A DNA stretch of 64,000 bases. Source: Candidatus Babeliales bacterium. GTDB lineage: Bacteria; Babelota; Babeliae; Babelales; JBFXEV01. Below are positions 37,929 through 47,479 of the stretch, piece after piece. A program made the position numbers and the translations under genes. The stretch covers positions 1,606,807 through 1,670,806 of the forward strand of contig OY970310.1 in assembly GCA_963716425.1 (NCBI GenBank). Reading direction: 5' to 3'. Positions within the stretch are counted from its first letter, which is position 1. Each line of letters starts with the position of its first letter. The notes under the pieces were generated by a model. It searched no databases. It had not been told where the DNA came from and was given only the letters and a program-made list of their open reading frames with translations.

Positions 37929-38672
37929 TTAAAGGGAAGTAAAAGCTTGCAGTAAATCAGTTACTTCACTGGTCATGCCTTGCGATTGTTGTAATGCATT
38001 AGTTAATGACTGTAGTGATGTAAAGAATTGAGTGCGTTCTCTTATCATCTTTGAATATTCTTGTTTTGCCAAGGCTAGCATGTTATAGAATCCTTGTGCT
38101 TGAGCAAAACTTGCATCAATAAACTCCCCATATTCGTCTTCAAGCACGTTAAGTTCATGAGTTGTTTCATCAAGTTGTTGTTGCAAGGCAATGATTTCTT
38201 GATCAGTTTGTTGCTGTAATTCTTGTAATTGAGTAGTCACTGCAACAACTGTTGCTTGGCAATTTTGCCCTTGATTTATTTGGTCTGTAAGCATTTGCTG
38301 TAATTTGCCAATAGCTAATCGTACTTGATTAATAGCACTCGTATGCTGCTGAGCGTTTACATCAAATGATCCTGCAAGCATGCTTAACTTCATATTCCAT
38401 TCTTGGAATATGTGCCGATCAGCAGTTAATACATTTAAGAAACTACAAAGTTCATCGTTAATGGCCTGACCAAAACCACAGAGACTTCCTGTGTGTGTAA
38501 AATCTGTTCCTGTGCAGAGTGTATGGGTGCCGCAAATATCGAAGGTTGATGTTTGAACGAAGGTAGTGGTAGTAATCCAAGTTGGCGTCGCAAGCACGTC
38601 AGTTTGGGCACTTTTGCCATGCATGGTACAAACTATAAATAGTCCTGAAATGAGTATTATTTTCTTGATCAT
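37929..38672 (-). CDS. Exported coiled-coil protein with Thr/Cys-rich N-terminal region
   Basis: Leader MIKKIILISGLFIVCTMHG. EIIALQQQLDETTHELNVLEDEYGEFIDASFAQAQGFYNMLALAKQEY. Confidence 0.7.
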   Translation of the reverse strand: MIKKIILISGLFIVCTMHGKSAQTDVLATPTWITTTTFVQTSTFDICGTHTLCTGTDFTHTGSLCGFGQAINDELCSFLNVLTADRHIFQEWNMKLSMLAGSFDVNAQQHTSAINQVRLAIGKLQQMLTDQINQGQNCQATVVAVTTQLQELQQQTDQEIIALQQQLDETTHELNVLEDEYGEFIDASFAQAQGFYNMLALAKQEYSKMIRERTQFFTSLQSLTNALQQSQGMTSEVTDLLQAFTSL

Positions 38673-38832
38673 TTTTTTCTCCTTTAGAAAAAGCAGTGTA
38701 ATTGGCTATATATAAAGACGATGCAATCTATTGATTCTCGATACCTCCTTTCATGTTTACTATGCTTTAGGTCTTTATAGTTCTATATCAGCATAATAGT
38801 CCATAAAATAGCAAGAGTTATTTTCGATAACC

Positions 38833-40356
38833 TCAATGAGTAAACCAACTGGATACGGTGTTGCATAACCTGCAGGCAATCGTAGCTGCTGGAAAGTCAG
38901 TGCGGTATTTTTCAAGGGCGAGCCACAACATATCAATATAACTTGGGCTTGTGTATACGTGGGATGAAAAAGAAATTAATTGCATATCAAGCCTTTTACC
39001 TACTTGCAGCAAATCAATAAGCTGACCTGCTTGTTCACCAAGAATATGAGCCCCTATAAGGATTCCATTTGTCGTATAAATAAATTTGGCAATACCTGTT
39101 GGTTTATTGTCAATTAATGCTTTAGACAAATAGTTGTAGTCAATACGATGGATAATAATAGCGTTACCAAATTGTTTGCGTGCTGCTTGCTCAGTTAACC
39201 CAATTGATGCTATCATTGGCTGAGTAAATGCTACTTTGGCAACATCTGAATATACTGCCTTTCTGCCTAGCTGCCACCATGCGCAGGTTGCATTATGTGC
39301 GGCAACGCGTGCTTGATAATAGGCGACTCTGCTTAATACGTAATGGCCTACTACGTCCCCACAGGCAAAAATGGAATCAATGCTGGTTTGCATATGTGAG
39401 TTCACCATAATACCGCGATTGGTTGTATGCACGCCAATTTGTTCTAGATTTAGATCAAGCATTCTGGCCCTACGATTGGTTGCAAGAAATAGGGTATCGG
39501 CGCTATATGATTCAGTTACTCCATTTTTATTCATACAATGTAAGAGAATGGTGCCATCTTCTTGGGTTTCTACTGCGCGTGCTTCAACATTGCATCTAAT
39601 GGTGACACCTTCATCGCTTAGGATGGCCATAAGGAGCTCAACCAGTTCAAAATCAAAGGTAGGCAAAATAACTCCGTACTTCATAATAAGCGTCACTTTT
39701 ACTCCCAGCCTGTTAAGCGCTGCAGCAAGCTCGGTACCCAGTGGCCCTGCGCCAATGATAATCATAGAATGTGGTAGTTCATCGTAACTAAAAAAGGTAT
39801 CTGCTGTCATGTATCGTATTGATTCGATGCCAACTACAGGGGGTATTTTTGGCGTTGAACCGGTGGCAATAATATATTTTTCAGAGGTAATCAAATCTTT
39901 GTCATCAATCAAGATGGCATGACTATCAACAAATCGAGCAGTACCATGAATAACCTTTATTTCACTACAAATAAAAAATTCGGGAGAATGAATATCATAT
40001 ACTTTCTGGCATACGCTTCTGATATAGGGCAGAACGTGTGACATGTTTACATTTACATTACGTGTATCACAGAGTCCAAATTTATTTGCGGTGATAATAT
40101 CATGGGACATGTTGGCAAGACTGATGAGTGTTTTGGATGGTATATCCCCTGTCCAAGTATGGCTTCCGCCGATTTTATCTTCCTTTTCTACGATGGCAAC
40201 GCGTTCTACTTTCTCTGCTGCTGCAAGGGCTGCAACAAGACCAGAAGCTCCCGCTCCGATTACTACTACATCATAATCATACTCAGCAAGTGCTGTTGGA
40301 TGTAGGCAGGATGCGAGAACGAATATTACGGAATAAACATATTTTGCATGAACCAT
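38833..40356 (-). CDS. FAD/NAD(P)-binding pyridine-nucleotide-disulfide-oxidoreductase-family protein lacking the redox-active Cys pair
   Basis: YDVVVIGAGASGLVAALAAA (FAD GxGxxG); IIIGAGPLGTELAAAL (NAD GxGxxG); IFACGDVVG. The canonical GGTCxNxGCIPSK reads GGSHTWTGDIPSK. The C-terminal HxHPTxSE reads HVYTSPSY. The N-terminus is hydrophobic and leader-like. Confidence 0.8.
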   Translation of the reverse strand: MVHAKYVYSVIFVLASCLHPTALAEYDYDVVVIGAGASGLVAALAAAEKVERVAIVEKEDKIGGSHTWTGDIPSKTLISLANMSHDIITANKFGLCDTRNVNVNMSHVLPYIRSVCQKVYDIHSPEFFICSEIKVIHGTARFVDSHAILIDDKDLITSEKYIIATGSTPKIPPVVGIESIRYMTADTFFSYDELPHSMIIIGAGPLGTELAAALNRLGVKVTLIMKYGVILPTFDFELVELLMAILSDEGVTIRCNVEARAVETQEDGTILLHCMNKNGVTESYSADTLFLATNRRARMLDLNLEQIGVHTTNRGIMVNSHMQTSIDSIFACGDVVGHYVLSRVAYYQARVAAHNATCAWWQLGRKAVYSDVAKVAFTQPMIASIGLTEQAARKQFGNAIIIHRIDYNYLSKALIDNKPTGIAKFIYTTNGILIGAHILGEQAGQLIDLLQVGKRLDMQLISFSSHVYTSPSYIDMLWLALEKYRTDFPAATIACRLCNTVSSWFTH

Positions 40357-41621
40357 GTCATATCCTTTTTTGCTGTTTTAGAGGAAGTGCTGGGTACCAT
40401 ATGAGATGTAGAAGGTGGTGGGGCTGCCGGTGTTTGAGCATGGGCAAGTATATTTTTACTTTCCCAGTTCATCAGTATATGGATTGCAATTGTTGCAATA
40501 ATAAACGGTGGTGCCCACCAATATTTATGCAGCCATACTTGCCATGAAAGATCAGAATCAAATTCATATTTTTCAAGCAACGGGGGCAGGTCGTGGGTAA
40601 TAATATCTATGATATCAAGTATTTCATTGAGCGGTAGTTTATCAATGAGCTGATAGAGCTCTAGCGCGGCTGAAATTGCATCTTTGTGAGGTGTTTGTTG
40701 TTGTTCATTATAATAGGTGAGTAGATCAGTGTAGGTAACGAGCACCAGTTGTGCAAACTCATGCATAAATAAGTCATCTTGCACAAATTTATACTGGAGC
40801 ACATCATCCCAGAGCTCAATGAGAGGTTCTAAAGATCCTGATTGTTCGATTACATGTATGGAAGAAATGATGCGTGGGTGATGCCAGTTTACAGCATTTC
40901 TCTGTTTATGTAGTGGCATATGATATTCATGCAATCCAAGTTGCGTGCATGCATCTTTTAACCGTTTAATGATATAGAAGCGCATCATAACGTCATCAAT
41001 ATGGGCAAAGGTATGCAAATCTACCGCGCGATCTTTGGCATGCATTTTTGCGACTGTGCCCTGATGGTAGAGGGCATAGAGCATCTGAGTCATAGTATCT
41101 ATGTCATTGAGAAGTTGCTCAACAGATGCATTCAAGCGGACTGGCGGCGCTACAACAAATTCGTCGTGTGCCGCCAATGTGATGAGCATATTACGTGAGA
41201 TGATAAATACTTCTTTGGTAAATTCTTCTACAAATATTTGATCTTTTATTGATTTATATCCCGTAAAATCATCCCAGATCATAAAAAGCGGCTTTAAGCT
41301 ACGCTTTTGTTTCATGATATCAATGGAACGTTGAATACGCATATCACGGAAGGTGTTACATTCGGTGAAGTTAAATAAACACTCAAGCTGTTTGTTTTTA
41401 TAACTCTTTTTTTTGATGCGATCTTCAACGTCCAAAAACAGAAGCATGGTATTATGCAGCCGTTTTACAAAATAGTAACGACGGTAAACATAATTACAAA
41501 ATTGACTACCATCAAGACCATGTTCTTCTTGAAGAAGTTGTTGCACAGTCTCATGTGTAGCTCTCAAGTTATCTGGTACTATCCATCCTACACATACAAG
41601 AAGTATCCATATTCGTTTCAT
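40326..41621 (-). CDS. Lineage-specific two-module exported/membrane protein (family of 11079..11807)
   Basis: The start is taken at MKRIWILLVCVGWIV. Two internal copies of the module RYYF[IV]KRL ... [EK]PL[IF].[IL]WDD...YK...D.[IL]F..EF...V. It ends with WLHKYWWAPPFIIATIAIHIL plus a P/S/T tail. Confidence 0.7.
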   Translation of the reverse strand: MKRIWILLVCVGWIVPDNLRATHETVQQLLQEEHGLDGSQFCNYVYRRYYFVKRLHNTMLLFLDVEDRIKKKSYKNKQLECLFNFTECNTFRDMRIQRSIDIMKQKRSLKPLFMIWDDFTGYKSIKDQIFVEEFTKEVFIISRNMLITLAAHDEFVVAPPVRLNASVEQLLNDIDTMTQMLYALYHQGTVAKMHAKDRAVDLHTFAHIDDVMMRFYIIKRLKDACTQLGLHEYHMPLHKQRNAVNWHHPRIISSIHVIEQSGSLEPLIELWDDVLQYKFVQDDLFMHEFAQLVLVTYTDLLTYYNEQQQTPHKDAISAALELYQLIDKLPLNEILDIIDIITHDLPPLLEKYEFDSDLSWQVWLHKYWWAPPFIIATIAIHILMNWESKNILAHAQTPAAPPPSTSHMVPSTSSKTAKKDMTWFMQNMFIP

Positions 41622-41635
41622 GCTATACTCCTTAA

Positions 41636-42637
41636 TTAATGTAAGGCATACCATGCTGCAAGCCCACTGCACACAATTGCTACTAAAGTTTGCAGCATCG
41701 GCAGTGACGTATCGTGGTTCGTGTGTCCGAATGCACGAGGTTCAATATGCGCTGTTAATATATCAATTGACTTTAACATTTCTTCAAGAGATAAGCCGTG
41801 AACATCATGTTGATAGTGGGCGCATAGCTCTCTCTTTCTAGGCAAATAGAAGGGGGCCAGCATATGCTGTTCTGTAACAAGAATTAACTGTAGCAACTCA
41901 TGAATAAATGATACATTTTCAATTGATTGAAATTGTTCAATCTCTCGCAGTATTTGTAACAATGGCTCTAGTGAATGGCATGTTTCAATATCATGAGCAC
42001 ATTGTAGTACCTTTTTATCTGTGCATTCCGGCAGATATGCAATAATAGTATATGAGCATGGTATATGTGCACTTTGCTTTAAAAGAGCATGCACCTTCTT
42101 AAGCCTTTTGAGCAGGTAATAACGGAATGAGACATCTGTTGAACTTACCTCTTTTTTAGGGGCTCGCGTGCAAAGTGAGGAAAGTATCTTTTGATCTGCC
42201 GGTGATAATTGATCATGCATGAGCATCACTAATTGATGTGCGACCAAGGCAACAAGGGTGGTATATTCTTTGGCAAATTGATCATCAGTAAGGTATTTAT
42301 ACGAAGTTACTTCATGCCAAAGCGCAAGAAGAGGATCACACGTGAGATCTTGTTGTAATGAAGCAATACAATGTTTGATTTTGGGATGTTGAGGCGCCAT
42401 ATGGACGAGGGTTTCAAAGTCATTGATTGTTATGACACAAGAACAATGTAAGGCTTTTATTAAGTTATGAACTGGCTCCAAACGAGCAATAAAATAATAT
42501 CTTTGGTGCACAGCGCTGGTGAATGTACTGATGGATACTTGGTCTTCTTCATCAATCCACAAAGCATCCATACTTGAAAGTGTATGTACGCTCCACAATA
42601 AACTTATAACTATGAGTTGCTTCATCTTGCTATTCAT
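41636..42637 (-). CDS. Lineage-specific two-module exported/membrane protein (family of 11079..11807)
   Basis: The start is taken at MNSKMKQLIVISLLWSVHTLSSM|DA. Module 1: RYYFIARL...DPLLALWHEVTSYKYLTDDQFAKEY. Module 2: RYYLLKRL...EPLLQILREIEQFQ. C-terminal TM LQTLVAIVCSGLAAWYAL. Confidence 0.7.
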   Translation of the reverse strand: MNSKMKQLIVISLLWSVHTLSSMDALWIDEEDQVSISTFTSAVHQRYYFIARLEPVHNLIKALHCSCVITINDFETLVHMAPQHPKIKHCIASLQQDLTCDPLLALWHEVTSYKYLTDDQFAKEYTTLVALVAHQLVMLMHDQLSPADQKILSSLCTRAPKKEVSSTDVSFRYYLLKRLKKVHALLKQSAHIPCSYTIIAYLPECTDKKVLQCAHDIETCHSLEPLLQILREIEQFQSIENVSFIHELLQLILVTEQHMLAPFYLPRKRELCAHYQHDVHGLSLEEMLKSIDILTAHIEPRAFGHTNHDTSLPMLQTLVAIVCSGLAAWYALH

Positions 42638-42690
42638 GTACCCTCTCCGTTCATGAGTTCTTATGTACGAGCGTAAACCGTTTCCAACTA

Positions 42691-43602
42691 TTATGCAAGA
42701 CCCTTTATTTCTGGTTGACATTCGGCCAATATTTGAAAACCTTGCTCAATCAAATCGCTATTATGCGGTAGTCCATAGCGGTGGTAAAATGCGTGTACGC
42801 AAGAAGCATAGATCATGCCTTGAGCTCCTTGAACAAGGCGCCCATGTCGTCCCATGGTAAGTTCTAATAAATATACATGCTGATGACCCGTTCTTCTGAG
42901 TGCAGAGTACAACTTTCTAATGCTTGAAATAGGGACTACATCATCAGAGTGCGAACCTATAATAAGGATGGGGATAGTGGAGGGAATATGGGTAATAAGG
43001 TTGAGAGGTAAAATACCTTGCGTATCAAGACATTCAAATTTTGTTTCTGCAAGCATCATGCCCATATCGCTGGAGAATGGCATCCAATGCAGTTTGAAAC
43101 GTTTTAATAAATGATCAACTACGCTTCTGATCGTATCAAAGGGAGATTCAACTACCAGAGCTTTAATATTTTCAGGTTGATGCGTTGCTACAAAATTGAT
43201 ACACGTTGCAGCACCCCGAGAAATGCCTGTTAACACAAACCCTTCGGCATCTGGCATTTTTTTATAGGCGTATTCATAAGCTTGGTTTATGCGCAATATA
43301 TCTTCTTCCTGGCCCAAATTAACATACTCATCCCTGCAATATCCTTTTTTTCGATGCGCATCAGGAAAATCAAATAATATAAATGGCTGCTGTATTATCC
43401 ATGTATGTTTATTATAATGATTAGAAAATAGTTTAAGGCCTTGCTCTTGCGATGATCGCAAACCATGGGCAAAAAGATATACTATATCATCCTGTTTTTT
43501 ATTGTGTTTATACAACGAAAAACAAGCTGGTGATGGTATTGCTTCTAGTACTTCTGCCCGCACTGCAATCAGCAAGGGCAGGGCAACATATAACCTCCTC
43601 AT
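42691..43602 (-). CDS. Alpha/beta-fold hydrolase with N-terminal leader
   Basis: Nucleophile elbow LTGISRGAAT (GxSxG); later GSHSDDVVP (Asp) and MGRHG (His) as triad candidates; VYLFAHGL oxyanion region. Confidence 0.65.
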   Translation of the reverse strand: MRRLYVALPLLIAVRAEVLEAIPSPACFSLYKHNKKQDDIVYLFAHGLRSSQEQGLKLFSNHYNKHTWIIQQPFILFDFPDAHRKKGYCRDEYVNLGQEEDILRINQAYEYAYKKMPDAEGFVLTGISRGAATCINFVATHQPENIKALVVESPFDTIRSVVDHLLKRFKLHWMPFSSDMGMMLAETKFECLDTQGILPLNLITHIPSTIPILIIGSHSDDVVPISSIRKLYSALRRTGHQHVYLLELTMGRHGRLVQGAQGMIYASCVHAFYHRYGLPHNSDLIEQGFQILAECQPEIKGLA

Positions 43603-43667
43603 GAACTCTCCCCCTTTTTTTATTGGTATAGTCTTTAAAGGTCTTTAAAATAAATTACATCAATTTT

Positions 43668-43695
43668 TTACCTATCATAATTTTTGCAGTATAAT
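43668..43695 (+). promoter_or_regulatory. Candidate promoter for proS
   Basis: TTACCT (43668..43673), a 16-nt spacer, then TATAAT (43690..43695), about 55 nt upstream of the ATG. Confidence 0.4.
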
Positions 43696-43748
43696 GAACC
43701 TGTTAAAGAGTTACCTGATTAATTTAAGTTTACTGTAAGTAAAACGCT

Positions 43749-45173
43749 ATGAGCAAGACATTACCTGATATCTCCACCCATTTTGCTGATTGGTACAATG
43801 ATGTAGTCTACAAAGCTGAGCTTGTTGACTTAGGTCCAGTGCGAGGCACCATGGTTATTAGACCATACGGCTATGCCATTTGGGATAATATAAAAATGGT
43901 CCTTGATGCTAAAATAAAACAAAACGGTACTGAAAATGCTGCTTTTCCTCTTTTTATTCCTCTCTCATTTTTCCAAAGAGAAGCACAGCACGTTGAAGGA
44001 TTTGCTCCCGAGCTTGCCATTGTAACGCATGCGGGTGGCAAAGTACTTGATGAACCTTTGGTTGTTCGTCCCACTTCAGAAACCATTATTCATTTTATGT
44101 TTGCCAAATGGATTAAGTCCTGGCGTGACCTGCCTATGAAAATAAACCAATGGGCAAACGTTGTCCGTTGGGAATTGCGTACGCGTCCTTTTTTGCGTAC
44201 TACCGAATTTTATTGGCAAGAAGGTCATACCGCTCATGAAACGGCAGAGCAAGCAGATCAAGAAGCTGACACTATGCTCAATGAGTATTTTGATACTATA
44301 GCGAACTATTTGGCCGTTCCAGCCGTAAAAGGATATAAATCAGAAAGTGAAAAATTTGCAGGAGCAGAGAGTACCCGTACCATAGAAGCACTTATGCCAG
44401 ATGGCAAGGCACTCCAAATGTGCACTTCGCACGTGATTTCCCAGAACTTTGCAAAAGCATTTGATATGAAGTTTCAAGATAGGAACGGCAACATGGCATT
44501 TCCTCATCTGACCAGCTGGGGCTTTACCACACGAGTGGTGGGAGCTGCTATTATGATGCATGGTGATCAAAAAGGGTTGGTTATTCCTCCAAAGATAGCG
44601 CCTATTCAAGTGGTGATTATTCCTATCTTTATAAAAGGTGCCGATATTAAAGAAATTTTAGAAGCTACCACCAAATTAAAGGAAACACTTGCAGCTGATG
44701 GTATTCGTGTAAAACTGGATGATGACGATCAGCGCTCGCCAGGCACCAAGTTTTATGAATATGAACTCAAGGGCGTGCCAATGCGTATTGAAGTTGGCCC
44801 GCGTGATGTGGCGACTGGTTCTGGACAAGTTGCGGATCGATTAGGCCTTAAAAAAGAAGCTGTTCATTTTGCAAACATAAACACCTATGTTAAAGAGCGG
44901 CTTACTGAAATTCAGCATGTGTTATATGAGCGTGCACACGAACGCATGAAGGCAATGTGGCATAAAGGGGCTAAGTTATCTGAATTTAGTAAAACTCTTT
45001 CAGATACTGGTGGATTCTGGCAAACTGGTTGGTGTGGTAATAAAGAATGCGAGAAGAAACTTAAAGAACACCAAGCAAGCATTAGATGCTTACTTGATCA
45101 TAAGACGTTTGCTCAATGCTTTAATTGTGATGCTAAGAGCGAGACCGATATTTTAGTTGCAAAATCGTACTAG
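43749..45173 (+). CDS. proS: Prolyl-tRNA synthetase, short archaeal/eukaryote-like type (no INS editing insertion)
   Basis: FADWYNDVVYKAELVD...GTMVIRPYGYAIWD, class II motifs (RPTSETI, FYWQEGHTAH), and a C-terminal Cys-rich module GWCGNKECEKKLKE...CFNC. 474 aa. Confidence 0.92.
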   Translation: MSKTLPDISTHFADWYNDVVYKAELVDLGPVRGTMVIRPYGYAIWDNIKMVLDAKIKQNGTENAAFPLFIPLSFFQREAQHVEGFAPELAIVTHAGGKVLDEPLVVRPTSETIIHFMFAKWIKSWRDLPMKINQWANVVRWELRTRPFLRTTEFYWQEGHTAHETAEQADQEADTMLNEYFDTIANYLAVPAVKGYKSESEKFAGAESTRTIEALMPDGKALQMCTSHVISQNFAKAFDMKFQDRNGNMAFPHLTSWGFTTRVVGAAIMMHGDQKGLVIPPKIAPIQVVIIPIFIKGADIKEILEATTKLKETLAADGIRVKLDDDDQRSPGTKFYEYELKGVPMRIEVGPRDVATGSGQVADRLGLKKEAVHFANINTYVKERLTEIQHVLYERAHERMKAMWHKGAKLSEFSKTLSDTGGFWQTGWCGNKECEKKLKEHQASIRCLLDHKTFAQCFNCDAKSETDILVAKSY

Positions 45174-45203
45174 GATATACTTTTGTTCTAAAAAAGGAGA
45201 AGT

Positions 45204-45644
45204 ATGCAGAAGCACACGCATAACTGGCATCAGCGCCATCTAAAAGAACATCATCATAATCTGGGTGGCAGGTTTGCCGATCAAATTGCTGGGTATATGG
45301 GTTCGTGGAAATTTATTATTATTCAAACAGTTATTGTAGCTCTTTGGATGGTACTTAACGTAACCGCCTTAGTCTATCAATGGGACGTATATCCATTTGT
45401 GTTGTTGAATCTTGTTTTTTCCACACAAGCAGCTTACGCTGCTCCTATTATTATGATGAGCCAAAACCGCCAATCGGCACGAGATCGCATTCAAGCAGAG
45501 CATGATTATGAAGTGAATGAAAACTCACTTAAGCTTATTAGTGTTAATAATCAACTTACTGAAGAAATCCATAAGTTGACTCAAGAGATTCATGGGCTCA
45601 CAAGAGATGTACATGAGCTGGTTAAAAACCATAAGGATATTTGA
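45204..45644 (+). CDS. DUF1003-family membrane protein
   Basis: FADQIAGYMGSWKFIIIQTVIVALWMVLN...YPFVLLNLVFSTQAAYAAPIIMMSQNRQ..RD matches the DUF1003 pattern. Confidence 0.75.
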   Translation: MQKHTHNWHQRHLKEHHHNLGGRFADQIAGYMGSWKFIIIQTVIVALWMVLNVTALVYQWDVYPFVLLNLVFSTQAAYAAPIIMMSQNRQSARDRIQAEHDYEVNENSLKLISVNNQLTEEIHKLTQEIHGLTRDVHELVKNHKDI

Positions 45645-45657
45645 GGTAAGGACTATA

Positions 45658-46194
45658 ATGAGCTTTCCCGTCAAATTAGCAATTATTTTGTGTGCGACAG
45701 GCAGTCTATATGCTGCTCAAACAAAAGATGTCATCTTAATGGGTCTTGTCAGTAATCATAATCTGGTCTTTGGAAAAGAAGATTTGTTTGTTAAGCCATT
45801 GCAAACGCAGGAGTGGTACCGCTTTCTTGATGAAGCAAAACAATTCGTTGCTCAAAATGCACGTGGCGATGCACTGCTTACCAAAGCTTTTGTCATTATC
45901 CTTTTTGATAACGATAGTATGATTAATAGTATCAAAATTGCCTATAATGCACTATTTACCAAACCACATGAGCATATACAAGAAGAAATTGCGCGCAATG
46001 CGCTTATTTCATTAGAAAATATAGTAGTAGAACTTGAATTATGGCAAAATATACTTTCTGAAGAATCATATATATTCACAAGCAAAAAAGACGTGCGTGA
46101 AGTGCTCATTAAGCTTGCATTATTTATAGAGGTTACTGCTCAAAAAGCTGCACGTGAACTGCTCAAACGAATGACCTATGAGCATTTAATGTAG
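45658..46194 (+). CDS. Exported hypothetical protein
   Basis: The start is taken at the internal MSFPVKLAIILCATGSLYA|AQ; the ORF track starts at 45592, inside the preceding gene. No family recognised. Confidence 0.55.
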   Translation: MSFPVKLAIILCATGSLYAAQTKDVILMGLVSNHNLVFGKEDLFVKPLQTQEWYRFLDEAKQFVAQNARGDALLTKAFVIILFDNDSMINSIKIAYNALFTKPHEHIQEEIARNALISLENIVVELELWQNILSEESYIFTSKKDVREVLIKLALFIEVTAQKAARELLKRMTYEHLM

Positions 46195-46719
46195 AAGAAG
46201 TGCAAGCGCCATAAGAGCCATTAAAAGATCTTCTACAAGCGAGATCCATGTTAGCGGTATTCTAAATAGATCACCAAGACATGCACATTCTATAGTTTGT
46301 TTGTTGAGCATTGCTTGAGCCACTCCCAGAGCACCGATGAGCATGAGAATCAAAGTAAGCATATTGGTTACCGGGGGATTCCACCGTGCAAGATAGGCAG
46401 TGCCAAGCATAAGCTCAATAATGGGATAGACGTAAGCATACGTTATACTTTGCTTTGCAAGAATATCATATGAGCGATACGCTTCTACAAAGCCATGCCA
46501 ATTATATACTTTAAGAGTGCCAAACAAGATAAAAAAGAAACCCATACCATCTTGCATGATTTCCATGCTGTGCCAATCATGTAGCCAAAAGCGCCGAGCA
46601 ACGGTACATATTATTACTAAGATAAACATGCCTATAAGAGGTAGATAGTCTTTGAATGAGTAGCCTGTGGTTGCATCATGTTGCATATTATGATCTGGAG
46701 GCATTGTCCCTCCATACAA
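46186..46719 (-). CDS. MauE/DoxX-like four-TM membrane protein
   Basis: Four hydrophobic spans plus IECACLGDLFRIPLTWISLVEDLLM, which resembles the MauE C(G)C...PL...ED motif. Confidence 0.55.
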   Translation of the reverse strand: MYGGTMPPDHNMQHDATTGYSFKDYLPLIGMFILVIICTVARRFWLHDWHSMEIMQDGMGFFFILFGTLKVYNWHGFVEAYRSYDILAKQSITYAYVYPIIELMLGTAYLARWNPPVTNMLTLILMLIGALGVAQAMLNKQTIECACLGDLFRIPLTWISLVEDLLMALMALALLLH

Positions 46720-47365
46720 CTCCTAATACTGAAAGACTAATTACTGCGGCAATGAAACACCACATTGAAATGAGGGCTGAAGGAGTAATGAGATACGTTG
46801 CAGCAAGTGAAATAATTGCTAAGGTACTCACTGCCATATTAAAAATAGGATTAGCTGATAAAAAGAAGGGTAATACTACCGGAATAAGATACCAGGCTAT
46901 GCTGCTGTCCGGACCAAAAAATTTGTTTTTAATGTGATATGCCAAATGACCTTCACTCACTGAAACAGAAACGGGAGTTGCCCACAGTAAAAATGCTGCG
47001 GTAATAGCAAACAACAGTCCGAGCAATTGGCACAGAGAAAGGAGCATTTTGCGAGTGTGATTATCTTCATACACTCTTACTGCAAAAGGCATCCATAATG
47101 GCCAAATAACAAATGCAAAACTTAAATAGATATACATGGCTATCATGTGCATCTTTGTTTCAGGCTGATCAAGTGTTAACCACACAACGCCTTCGGCTGC
47201 TTGCTGCAGTGCAAAGCCAAAAGGAATCAACGTTAATGGAATTTGTTTTGATTTAGAAGCATGTGTATAAGCTGCCACTCCCGCAACAGATAACAGCGAG
47301 GCTACCACAAAACTACTTGTTGCTGAAATACACATAGAGAGCCAGCTCCTTTTTTTGGTGTTCAC
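46688..47365 (-). CDS. Polytopic membrane protein, unknown family
   Basis: 225 aa, about 7 hydrophobic spans. It overlaps the downstream gene by 32 nt. Confidence 0.55.
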   Translation of the reverse strand: MNTKKRSWLSMCISATSSFVVASLLSVAGVAAYTHASKSKQIPLTLIPFGFALQQAAEGVVWLTLDQPETKMHMIAMYIYLSFAFVIWPLWMPFAVRVYEDNHTRKMLLSLCQLLGLLFAITAAFLLWATPVSVSVSEGHLAYHIKNKFFGPDSSIAWYLIPVVLPFFLSANPIFNMAVSTLAIISLAATYLITPSALISMWCFIAAVISLSVLGVVWRDNASRS

Positions 47366-47479
47366 ATATGCTACTCTTACTCTACTTGTGTTGCTCCATA
47401 AGAAGCAATAGTTTATTTATTTCCATTTGCTGTCGCTACTGCTTGGCAGTCATATTATTGGAAATTGTAGGCACTTTGC

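Noticed and set aside
39371-40547. Several + strand ORFs (39371..39787, 40043..40276, 40128..40547)
   Set aside because: All are antisense to the flavoprotein gene or to the end of 40326..41621. The minus-strand frames carry clear Rossmann motifs.
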